This document shows, in pieces, positions 9,919 to 18,402 of a stretch of DNA of 64,000 nucleotides; position 1 is the stretch's first letter, and each line of letters opens with the position of its first letter. Both the position numbers and the translations under genes were made by a program. The stretch is from Alphaproteobacteria bacterium (GTDB lineage Bacteria; Pseudomonadota; Alphaproteobacteria; MPNO01): assembly GCA_964291675.2 (NCBI GenBank), contig OZ219866.1, forward strand, positions 2,144,001 to 2,208,000, written 5' to 3'. The notes below the pieces were generated by a model. It was given only the letters and a program-made list of their open reading frames with translations. It made no database searches and was not told the origin of the DNA.

Positions 9919-11031
9919 GTGCTGGAAGTCAGCGGCCTCTACAAGAGCTTCGAGACCGCCGGCGGCGGGGTGACCGCGGTGGACGGCGTGACGTTCTCCG
10001 TCGCCGCCGGTCAGGCCTTCACGCTGCTCGGCCCGTCGGGCTGCGGCAAGACGACGGCGCTCAGATGCATCGCGGGTCTCGAACGTCCAGCCGCGGGCAG
10101 CGTGAGGCTCGACGGGGCGGCGCTGTTCGACGCCGATTCCGGCATCTTCGTGCCGCCCGACAGGCGCGGCATCGGCATGGTCTTCCAGTCCTACGCCATC
10201 TGGCCGCATATGAACGTGTTCGACAATGTGGGCTTTCCCCTGCGCATCGGAAGGCGGCCGCGCGCCGAGATCCGCGACCGGGTGGGCTGGGCGCTCGACA
10301 TGGTGCAGCTCGGCGGCTTCGCGGAGCGCGACTCGACGCAGCTCTCGGGCGGCCAGCAGCAACGCCTCGCCGTCGCCCGGGCCCTGGTGCAGGAGCCCAG
10401 GCTGCTGCTGCTCGACGAGCCGCTCTCGAACCTCGACGCCAAGCTGCGCGAGGAGATGCGCGACGAGCTCAAGCGGCTGCAAGCCGCGCTCGAGCTCACC
10501 ATGCTCTACGTCACCCACGACCAGGCCGAGGCGATCGTGCTGTCCGACCGGATCGCGGTGATGAGCGAGGGGCGCATTCTTCAGGAAGGTCCGCCGCGCG
10601 AGATCTACCGGCGGCCCCGGTCCCCGTTCGTCGCCGGCTTCGTCGGCAGCAGCAACCTGCTCGAAGGCGTCGTGACGGAGAGCCTGGGCGAAGGGCGGTT
10701 CCGGGTCGAGACGGCGTGCGGATCGGTATGCGCGATTTCGACCGCCGCGCTGCGCCGCGACGAGGGGGTGCTGGTCTCGCTGAGGCCGGAGCTCATCCAT
10801 CTCACCGCCACGCGCCCGGCCGGCGATGCCGACGGGACGGTGTGGGAGGTCACCGTCGAGGGGAGCAGGTTCTTGGGCGATTCCACCTATTACGACGTGA
10901 CGTGCGGAGGCAGGCCGCTCCGGGTGCGCGCCGGCCCCCATGCCGGCTTCGACCCCGGCGGCCGGGCATTCGCGGCGATCGCCGCGGCCGACTGCGTGTG
11001 CGTCCGAACGGGAGACGGGGATCATGGATGA
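9919..11031 (+). CDS. ABC ATP-binding protein (FbpC/PotA-like, TOBE tail)
   Basis: GPSGCGKT, LSGGQQQR, LLLDEPLSNLDAKLR. Confidence 0.93.
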   Translation: MLEVSGLYKSFETAGGGVTAVDGVTFSVAAGQAFTLLGPSGCGKTTALRCIAGLERPAAGSVRLDGAALFDADSGIFVPPDRRGIGMVFQSYAIWPHMNVFDNVGFPLRIGRRPRAEIRDRVGWALDMVQLGGFAERDSTQLSGGQQQRLAVARALVQEPRLLLLDEPLSNLDAKLREEMRDELKRLQAALELTMLYVTHDQAEAIVLSDRIAVMSEGRILQEGPPREIYRRPRSPFVAGFVGSSNLLEGVVTESLGEGRFRVETACGSVCAISTAALRRDEGVLVSLRPELIHLTATRPAGDADGTVWEVTVEGSRFLGDSTYYDVTCGGRPLRVRAGPHAGFDPGGRAFAAIAAADCVCVRTGDGDHG

Positions 11032-11455
11032 AGACCGGCGGCGCGCGATCGAGTGGGACTGCACGCGGACGCTGACCGGCTTCATCAACGCCCTCGATGC
11101 CGGAGACTACGAGACCATGGCCGGGCTGATGGCCGAGACCGGCGTCTGGGTACGGCCGGGGGGCGATGCTGTCGGACCGTCGGGATTGCTCGAAGCCATG
11201 CGGAACCGGCCGCGCGACCTGATCGTCCGGCATGTCATCTCGAACGTCCTGATCGAGGTGATCGACGAGGACAACGCGACCGGCATCGCCTATCTGACGG
11301 TGTACCGCCACAACGGTGCGCCGCCGGAAAACGGACCGGCACCCCTCGCCGGGGTCCATATGGTCGGCGTCTCGTACAACCGCCTGGTGCGCGAGCCCGG
11401 CGGCTGGAGAATCGCCGAGAAGCGAACCAGCCGGACTTTCGATGCGGAGGTCTGA
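11024..11455 (+). CDS. SnoaL/NTF2-like protein
   Basis: FINALDAGDY, RHVISNVLIEV..D.ATG..Y, GGWRIAEK. Confidence 0.8.
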   Translation: MDEDRRRAIEWDCTRTLTGFINALDAGDYETMAGLMAETGVWVRPGGDAVGPSGLLEAMRNRPRDLIVRHVISNVLIEVIDEDNATGIAYLTVYRHNGAPPENGPAPLAGVHMVGVSYNRLVREPGGWRIAEKRTSRTFDAEV

Positions 11456-11523
11456 AGCCCGCTGGACCGTTTCGGCGGTCGGGGCCGGCCTCGGGCGCAT
11501 CGCGCGGCACGCAGGCCCATCGC

Positions 11524-12525
11524 CTAGTAGGGAAGAACCCTGCCGACGCCCTCGCGGCGGGCCTTTGCCACGAGCATCGCCGCCAGGGCGATATCGGAGA
11601 TCGCCTGGCCGCGGTGCCAGAAGAGAATCGTTTCGGCATCGCTCTCGCGCCCGGGCCGGTCGCCGTTGACGATCTGGCCGATCTCGGCGTGCAGGGTCTC
11701 CCGGGTGAGCGAGCCGCTGTCGACATGGTGGCGCAGCGCGCCGAACGGTCCCGCGTGAGCGTGCGACCAGGTATCGACGACGACCTTGTCGAAGACGTCG
11801 AGGAACCGGTCCTCCAGCGCGCTCTGGGTGCCGTAGGGGATGACCAGCGATCCGGGCTTGACCCATTCCGACCTGAACAGCGGTTCGGGCCGCACAAGCC
11901 GCGTCGCCTCGACGACCACATCGGCGCCGCGGATCGCCTCTTCCCAGCTCGCGCAGGCGACGACCCTGGCCTTGGTCTCTCCCGCCAGGCGCGCGGCCAG
12001 CGCCTCGCGGCTCTCCGCGCGGCGGGAATGGATGCGGATCTCCTCGAAGGCGAACAGGGCGGCGATCAGCCGTACGTTCCAGTAGGAGCTGCCGCGCGCG
12101 CCGATATTGGCGAGAACCCTGGGCGCACGGGGCGCGAGATGCCGGGCGCCGGTCGCCGAGACCGCGCCGGTACGCATGTCGGTGATGTGGGACGCATCGA
12201 CGATTGCCACCGGCACGCCGGACTCCGGGCGCATCAGGAGGATAAACCCGAGCTCCGAGGCCAGACCCGCCTTGTAGTTGGGCACGAAGTCGCCGACCAC
12301 CTTGAAGCCCGCAAGGTCGAGAGGCGCCAGATAGCCGGCCAAAATGTTGAAGTGGCCCTGGTTGGTGGGATCGTGACGCAGATTGGCGCGCGGATTCTGG
12401 ACGTACTCCCCTTTGCCCTGAGCCGCGAAGGCCAGCTCCGCCGCCTCGACGATCTCGGAGTCCTCTATCCCGATCCGGCTGACATCGTCCCGGTCGAGAT
12501 AAAGCACCTCCAGCGCTTCGCTCAT
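11524..12525 (-). CDS. ornithine cyclodeaminase/mu-crystallin family protein
   Basis: GFKVV.DF..N, ITDMRTGAVSA, IGARG, GADVVVEAT, HRGQAISDIA. Confidence 0.9.
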   Translation of the reverse strand: MSEALEVLYLDRDDVSRIGIEDSEIVEAAELAFAAQGKGEYVQNPRANLRHDPTNQGHFNILAGYLAPLDLAGFKVVGDFVPNYKAGLASELGFILLMRPESGVPVAIVDASHITDMRTGAVSATGARHLAPRAPRVLANIGARGSSYWNVRLIAALFAFEEIRIHSRRAESREALAARLAGETKARVVACASWEEAIRGADVVVEATRLVRPEPLFRSEWVKPGSLVIPYGTQSALEDRFLDVFDKVVVDTWSHAHAGPFGALRHHVDSGSLTRETLHAEIGQIVNGDRPGRESDAETILFWHRGQAISDIALAAMLVAKARREGVGRVLPY

Positions 12526-12600
12526 GTGGCAGGCATCTCCGTTCGCGCAAGGTGACGCGGGGCGGGACGGCATGGCCGTTGCGCGGCTCGGGCCGGAGGA

Positions 12601-12615
12601 TGGCACGGCGATTGC
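12601..12615 (+). promoter_or_regulatory. sigma54 -24/-12 promoter upstream of tctC
   Basis: TGGCAC-GGCGA-TTGC matches TGGCAC-N5-TTGC, about 105 nt before ATG 12719. Confidence 0.7.
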
Positions 12616-12718
12616 GCACCGTCCATGCATGCCTAAGATGATGGGGCAAAGGGCCTGTTCCTCGGAAATCGATGGCGGCATGGTCCGCACCCGGACAAAC
12701 AGAGGAGGCTTGCCGACA

Positions 12719-13681
12719 ATGCGCATCGCACCGATTTCGCTCGCCCTTGCCGCCGCCGTTGCGACGGCCGCGGCCGCCGCGCCGGCGCTCGCCGAATACC
12801 CGGAAAAACCCGTTCAGATCGTCGTGCCGTTCGGCGCCGGCGACGCGCTGGATACCAGCGGTCGGGTGATCGCCAAGCGGCTCAAGGACCGGTTCGGCGT
12901 CCCCTTCCTGGTCAAGAACATCCCGGGCGCCGGCGGCGGCAAGGGAACCGCCGAAGCCAACAAGGCCGCGCGCGACGGCTACACGCTGCTGATGGGATCC
13001 ACCGGCGCCCTTACCGCGCGTCCGTTGATCTCCAAGCCCGGCTACGTGACCGCCGATTTCGTGCCCATCGCCCAGCTCGTCGAGGTGCCGATCGGACTGG
13101 CCGTGGCGGCCGACAGCCCGTTCCGCTCGGTCAAGGACATCGTAGCGGCCGCCAAGGCCAAGCCCGGCGGCATCAAGTATGCCACGCCGGGGCCGGGGGC
13201 GACGCAGCACATCAACATGGAGATCTTCGCCAAGAATAACGGGATCGAGATGACCCATATCGGCGGTCGCGGCGGCAAGGGCGCGGTCACCAAGACGCTC
13301 TCGGGCGAGGTCGATTTCGTCTTCGTCGGCGCCCCCAACTACACCGCCCTCGCCAAGGCCGGCAAGCTCAGGGTGATCGGCCTCGCCGCGCCCCGGCGGG
13401 TCGCCTACCTCCCGGATACGCCCACCTTCCGCGAGCAGGGCTACGCGTTCGACGTGGCCGTCTGGTTCGGCCTGTTGACCCATCGGGGCGCGCCCGCCGG
13501 AATCGTCGCCAAGCTGCGCAAGGCGGTGGCCGAAATCGCCGCCGATCCCGAGACCAGGGCGCTCTACAAGAAGGTCAATCTCAACGAGGCCTTTCTCGGC
13601 GGCGACGACTTCCAGAAGCGCATCGACGCCAATGTGGCCAAGCACAAGGTGGTGCTCAAGGATATCGGCCTGATGAAATAG
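12719..13681 (+). CDS. tctC: tripartite tricarboxylate transporter substrate-binding protein (Bug/TctC)
   Basis: Signal peptide, YPEKPVQIVVPFGAG, NIPGAGG, DGYTLL; GGAGG RBS. Confidence 0.92.
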   Translation: MRIAPISLALAAAVATAAAAAPALAEYPEKPVQIVVPFGAGDALDTSGRVIAKRLKDRFGVPFLVKNIPGAGGGKGTAEANKAARDGYTLLMGSTGALTARPLISKPGYVTADFVPIAQLVEVPIGLAVAADSPFRSVKDIVAAAKAKPGGIKYATPGPGATQHINMEIFAKNNGIEMTHIGGRGGKGAVTKTLSGEVDFVFVGAPNYTALAKAGKLRVIGLAAPRRVAYLPDTPTFREQGYAFDVAVWFGLLTHRGAPAGIVAKLRKAVAEIAADPETRALYKKVNLNEAFLGGDDFQKRIDANVAKHKVVLKDIGLMK

Positions 13682-13692
13682 GGCCGCCATCG

Positions 13693-14127
13693 TTGCGGGC
13701 CGACCGCGTCATCGGGCTGGCGGTCGCCGCTTCCGGTCTCGCGCTGGGCTGGGCCGCCTCGGGGGTGGAGACCCTCGCCCAACAGACCACGCTCAGCGCG
13801 CGGTTCTTTCCGATGCTGCTCGCCGCCGTGCTGTTGCTGTCGGGGCTGGGCATCGCCGCGCGCCCGGGCGAACGGGGCCTGATCGACGTCGTGGCGCCGC
13901 TATGCAGCTCCCGGGTGCTGACTTTCGGGGGCGCCTTCCTGCTCTACGCGCTGACTTTCCGCTATGTCGACTTCCGCCTGGGCACGGCGCTCTTCATGGC
14001 TGTCGCGCTGTGGAGCCTGGGCAGCCGCAGGCCGGTGGAGCTGATCGGTTTGCCGATCGCGGTCGCAATCGGCGTCTGGGCCGTTTTCCGCCATGGCTTC
14101 ACCGTTCTGCTGCCGGTCTGGGGCTGA
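13693..14127 (+). CDS. tctB: TTT small membrane subunit
   Basis: 4 TM segments, SARFFP, VLLP end; lies between tctC and tctA. Confidence 0.8.
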   Translation: MRADRVIGLAVAASGLALGWAASGVETLAQQTTLSARFFPMLLAAVLLLSGLGIAARPGERGLIDVVAPLCSSRVLTFGGAFLLYALTFRYVDFRLGTALFMAVALWSLGSRRPVELIGLPIAVAIGVWAVFRHGFTVLLPVWG

Positions 14128-14129
14128 GG

Positions 14130-15620
14130 GTGGATTTTCTCGGCTTCGAGCTTCTGGCCGGCGCGGTCTCGACGGTGCTGCGGCCCGACGTGCTCGCGGT
14201 CGTCCTGCTCGGCGTTCTGGCCGGGCTGCTGTTCGGTGCCGCCCCGGGCCTGACGGCGACCGCCGGCGTTGCCATCGCGACGCCGCTCACCTTCGGCGCC
14301 AGCTTCGAGCTGGCCATGGCGCTGCTGCTCGGGCTCTACTGCGCCGGGTATTTCGCCGGCTCCATCCCGGCGATCCTGATCAACACGCCGGGCGCCCCGG
14401 GCAACGCGGCGACCGCGCTCTCCGGCTACCGGCTGGCGCAGGCGGGCCGGGCCGATGTCGCGCTCTCGCTCGCCATCGTGTGCTCGGTCATCGGCGGCGT
14501 CTTCTCGCTTCTCGTGTTGATGGCGGCGGCACCCTGGCTCGCCGGCTTCGCGCTGGAATTCACCGCCGTCGAGTACTGCGTGCTCGGCCTGTTCGGCCTG
14601 ATGTGCGTCGCCGCGGTCTCGGGCGGCGCATTGACCAAGGGCATCGTCGCCGCGGCTTTCGGAATGACGCTCGGCACGGTCGGCATCGACGAGGTCGGCG
14701 GCATTCCCCGGTTCATGCTCGGCATGCCGGAGCTTCAGGCAGGGGTCGCGCTGATCCCGGCGTTGATCGGCTTTTTCGCCGTGGGCGAGATGCTCTCCCA
14801 GGCCGCCAAGCGAAGCGGCGGCGATGCGGCCGCCGTGCCGCGCCAGGCGAAGTTCCCGTTGATCCAGCTGCCGGGCCTGCTGGGGCGCAATCTGGGGCTG
14901 CTGCTGCGCAGCGCCGGGCTGGGCACGGCAATCGGCGTGCTGCCCGGCACCGGGCCGACGATCGCCTCGTGGATCGCCTATGGCGGCATCGGCGAGAAGG
15001 GCGACCGCGACGTTCGCGGCGTCATCGCGTCCGAATCGGCCAACAACGCCGTCACCGGCGGCGCGCTGGTGCCGTTGCTGACGCTGGGCATACCGGGCGA
15101 CACGGTGACCGCGGTGCTGATCGGCGCGCTGCTGATCCAGGGCATCGAGCCCGGCCCCTTCTTCATCGTGGAACACTCCCACCTGTTCGCCCAGATCCTG
15201 ATGATCCTGCTGGTCTCGGCGGCGATGATCCTGGTCCTCGGGCTGGTTGCCCGGCGGGCGTTGTGGCTGGTGCTGCTCTGTCCGCCGCGCATCCTGCTGC
15301 CGGTCGTCGGGGTGCTCTCGGCGACCGGGACCTTCGCCATCGGCCATGCGCCGTTCGAGGTCGGGCTCGCCGCCGTCCTCGGGCTGATCGGCTTCTGCCT
15401 CGGCCGGTTCGGCTTCCCCGCCGCGCCGATCGTCATCGGCCTTGTGCTCGGCCCGATCGTCGAGGTCAATCTGCGCAATGCGCTGGTCGCCAACGACATG
15501 GATTTCTCCGTCTTCCTCACCCGGCCGATCAGCGCGACGCTGATCGCCGCCCTGCTGGCGCTGCTCGCCTGGCGGGGCTGGCGTGCGTTCGGAGACAGGA
15601 TCGCGCGGCGCGGGCCGTGA
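14130..15620 (+). CDS. tctA: TTT large permease
   Basis: GAAPGL, AILINTPG, ESANNA, LTLGIPGD. Confidence 0.92.
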   Translation: MDFLGFELLAGAVSTVLRPDVLAVVLLGVLAGLLFGAAPGLTATAGVAIATPLTFGASFELAMALLLGLYCAGYFAGSIPAILINTPGAPGNAATALSGYRLAQAGRADVALSLAIVCSVIGGVFSLLVLMAAAPWLAGFALEFTAVEYCVLGLFGLMCVAAVSGGALTKGIVAAAFGMTLGTVGIDEVGGIPRFMLGMPELQAGVALIPALIGFFAVGEMLSQAAKRSGGDAAAVPRQAKFPLIQLPGLLGRNLGLLLRSAGLGTAIGVLPGTGPTIASWIAYGGIGEKGDRDVRGVIASESANNAVTGGALVPLLTLGIPGDTVTAVLIGALLIQGIEPGPFFIVEHSHLFAQILMILLVSAAMILVLGLVARRALWLVLLCPPRILLPVVGVLSATGTFAIGHAPFEVGLAAVLGLIGFCLGRFGFPAAPIVIGLVLGPIVEVNLRNALVANDMDFSVFLTRPISATLIAALLALLAWRGWRAFGDRIARRGP

Positions 15621-15708
15621 CCCTGGCGGGAAATGCGGGTCGGGGCGACGCCCGGCCCACCGCGGCGGAGGCTTTCCCGCGAAGCAGCGGCGCTGCCGCC
15701 GCAACGGA

Positions 15709-15738
15709 TTGACACCGTTGTTCCAATTGCAGTGTCAA
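15709..15738 (+). promoter_or_regulatory. TTGACAC-N16-GTGTCAA inverted repeat containing a -35-like TTGACA, upstream of the urocanase gene
   Basis: Read directly from the sequence; AT-rich patch in an intergenic region. Confidence 0.5.
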
Positions 15739-15818
15739 ACCCGGACAATGGGATCCCGCACGGCCGCCCGTGCCCGGCGCCGGATTGCGGGTGTTGTATG
15801 CCGAGGAGATGCGATCCC

Positions 15819-17477
15819 ATGCGACCTGCGCCCAACGCCCCCGTGCGCGCGCCCCGCGGAACCGAGCTCCACACCAAGGGATGGCCGCAGGAGGCGGCCT
15901 ATCGCCTGCTGATGAACAATCTGGAGGTGGCGGAAGACTGGCGGCGGCTGATCGTCTATGGCGGCCGTGGCAAGGCGGCCCGGGACTGGGAGTCCTACTA
16001 CCGGATCGTCGAGACCCTGGAGGAGCTGGAGAGCGACGAGACGCTGGTCGTACAGTCGGGCAAGCCCGTCGCCGTCTGGAAGACCCATGAGTGGTCGCCC
16101 CGGGTGCTGATCTCCAACGCCATGCTGGTGCCGTACTGGAGCACGCTCGAGCACTTCAACGAGCTCGAGGCCAAGGGCTTGACGATGTACGGGCAGATGA
16201 CCGCCGGGTCGTGGTGCAATATCGGCTCGCAGGGGATCGTCCAGGGCACCTACGAGACCTTCGCGACGGCGGCCAAGATGAGGTTCGGCGGCACGCTCAA
16301 GGGCCGCATCACCATCACCGGCGGTCTCGGCATGTTCAGCGGGATCATGCCGCATTGCATCAGGCTGAACGGCGGGGTGAGCATCGGCGTCGAGATCGAC
16401 CCAGAGCGCATCCAGCGCCGCATCGAGCTCGGCTTCGTCGACGAGATGCTCACCGACCCCGACGAGGCTTACCGGCTGGCCCGGAGCTGCGCGGAGCGGG
16501 GCGAGGCGCGGGCGATCGCGGTGCTCGGCAACATGTCCGACGTGCTCGGCGACTTCCTCGAGAAGGGCACCCATTTCGACATCGTCACCGACCAGACCTC
16601 GGCGCACGACATGCTGGAAGGCTACGTGCCGGGCGGCATGTCGCTGGCGGAGGCGCTCGACCTGCGCAAGTCCGCCCCGGACGAATATATCGGCCTCGCC
16701 CGGGCGAGCGCGGTCAGGCAGGTGCGCGCCATGGTCGAGTACCAGCGCCGCGGCGCGCTGGTGTTCGACTACGGCAACAACATCCGTCAGGAGGCCTACA
16801 ACGCCGGCTACAAGGACGCCTTCGCCTTTCCCGGGTTCGTCGAGGCGTTCATCCGCCCGCTGTTCTGCGTCGGCCGCGGGCCGTTCCGCTGGATCTGCCT
16901 GTCGGGCGAGGAGAGCGATTTGCGCAAGACCGAGGAGGTCGCGCTCGGCGAGTTCGCCGACGACGAGGTGTTCGCCAACTGGGTGCGGATCGCATCGGAG
17001 CACCAGCCGATCGAGGGGCTGCCGGCGCGGCTGGGCTATCTCGGCTTCGGCCAGCGCGCCCGGTTCGGCAAGCTGCTCAACGACATGGTGCGCTCGGGCG
17101 AGCTCGCCGGACCGGTGGCGATGAGCCGCGACCATCTCGATACCGGATCGGTCGCATCGCCCAACCGGGAGACCGAGCGCATGCGGGACGGCAGCGACGC
17201 CGTCGCGGACTGGCCGATCCTCAACGCGATGCTCAACGTCGCCTGCGGCGCGACCTATGTCGCGGTCCATAACGGCGGCGGCGTCGGGGTCGGCTACGCT
17301 ACCCATGCGGGCCTGGTCATGGTGGCCGACGGCACCGACCTCGCCGAACGGAAGATCGAGCGCTGCCTGACCGTCGATCCCGGATCGGGTGTGGTCCGGC
17401 ATGCCGATGCGGGCTACGAGACGGCGATCCAGCTGGCCCGCAGCGCGGGCATCCGCATGCCGATGCTGGGCGCCTGA
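15819..17477 (+). CDS. hutU: urocanate hydratase family protein (divergent)
   Basis: LIVYGG.GKAAR, MYGQMTAGSW, TDQTSAHD, GRGPFRW, RDHLD.GSVASPNRETE. Confidence 0.85.
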   Translation: MRPAPNAPVRAPRGTELHTKGWPQEAAYRLLMNNLEVAEDWRRLIVYGGRGKAARDWESYYRIVETLEELESDETLVVQSGKPVAVWKTHEWSPRVLISNAMLVPYWSTLEHFNELEAKGLTMYGQMTAGSWCNIGSQGIVQGTYETFATAAKMRFGGTLKGRITITGGLGMFSGIMPHCIRLNGGVSIGVEIDPERIQRRIELGFVDEMLTDPDEAYRLARSCAERGEARAIAVLGNMSDVLGDFLEKGTHFDIVTDQTSAHDMLEGYVPGGMSLAEALDLRKSAPDEYIGLARASAVRQVRAMVEYQRRGALVFDYGNNIRQEAYNAGYKDAFAFPGFVEAFIRPLFCVGRGPFRWICLSGEESDLRKTEEVALGEFADDEVFANWVRIASEHQPIEGLPARLGYLGFGQRARFGKLLNDMVRSGELAGPVAMSRDHLDTGSVASPNRETERMRDGSDAVADWPILNAMLNVACGATYVAVHNGGGVGVGYATHAGLVMVADGTDLAERKIERCLTVDPGSGVVRHADAGYETAIQLARSAGIRMPMLGA

Positions 17478-17513
17478 GTCGCCGGCGGAAGCGGGAAGCC
17501 CGACCCGCGCGAC

Positions 17514-18332
17514 TCACAAGCCGGTCAAATCGCCCGCCCCCGCGGCGACGGCCTCGCGCGCCCAGGCGAGGGTCGAGTCGTAGGCGCGCGCCGCCGGCAC
17601 CACGAACTCGCGGACCAGAACGGTGTCCAGAACCGGCTCCAGGGAACGCTGCCGCGGAATGTCGAGGAAGGCGGCGCGCAGCCGTTCCAGCTCGGCCTCG
17701 GCGATGTCCGCATGCGCGACCAGCGGCGGGACCGGCGCCGCCGCGGTGGTCGCGACGACGCGCAGATCCGCGACCGCCCGGGGGTCGTTGTGGCGCAGCA
17801 GGTCGAGATACCAGCCGTCGAGGGGACCGACATCCGCGCGGCCGTCGAGGATGGCGGCGACGACCGCCCGCGGCGCGAACAGGGGCCCCACCGAGTCCGC
17901 GAACAGCCGGGGCCGGGCGCCGGTCCGGTAAGACAGGAGATGGTGGCGGGCCGCGTTGTAGCCCGAATGGGAATGCTCGACCGTCCACGCCAGCCGGCCG
18001 CCGAAGGTATCTTCCAGCGTCGTGGCCGCGCTGTCCGCGCGGACCACGAAATCGGTGACATAGACCGGCTCTCCGCCGTAGCGGGGCGGTCGGGGGACCG
18101 GGGCGCAGACGATCCGTGGCCTGGTGTCGGCCATCGCGAACGGCCAGCCGCACATGAAGACGCAGCCGATGTCGGGGCGTTGCCACAGCGTCTCGATGGG
18201 CGCCGGGGCCGCATGGTCGACGACCTCAAGCGCGGTCCCCGACCGTTCGCCGACGAAGGCGAATATCCGCTCCCACCCCGCCTTGACGCGCGGGGTCGCG
18301 TTGTACATGCGCGAATTGGCGATCAGCGTCAT
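17514..18332 (-). CDS. PhnD/SsuA/transferrin-fold binding protein without an obvious signal peptide
   Basis: FMCGWPF, SHSGYNA, GRADVGPLD, PPLV. Confidence 0.75.
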   Translation of the reverse strand: MTLIANSRMYNATPRVKAGWERIFAFVGERSGTALEVVDHAAPAPIETLWQRPDIGCVFMCGWPFAMADTRPRIVCAPVPRPPRYGGEPVYVTDFVVRADSAATTLEDTFGGRLAWTVEHSHSGYNAARHHLLSYRTGARPRLFADSVGPLFAPRAVVAAILDGRADVGPLDGWYLDLLRHNDPRAVADLRVVATTAAAPVPPLVAHADIAEAELERLRAAFLDIPRQRSLEPVLDTVLVREFVVPAARAYDSTLAWAREAVAAGAGDLTGL

Positions 18333-18402
18333 GACAATGCCCGAGCGCAAGGTACCGGGCGGTCGCACGCGGAATCAACCGGCGCCGGTCCTTTCCGCAA
18401 GC

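Noticed and set aside
10850-13690. 946-aa minus-strand ORF and many other long antisense or alternative-frame ORFs
   Set aside because: Expected from stop-codon scarcity at high GC; low-complexity R/P/G/A content and overlap with motif-bearing genes
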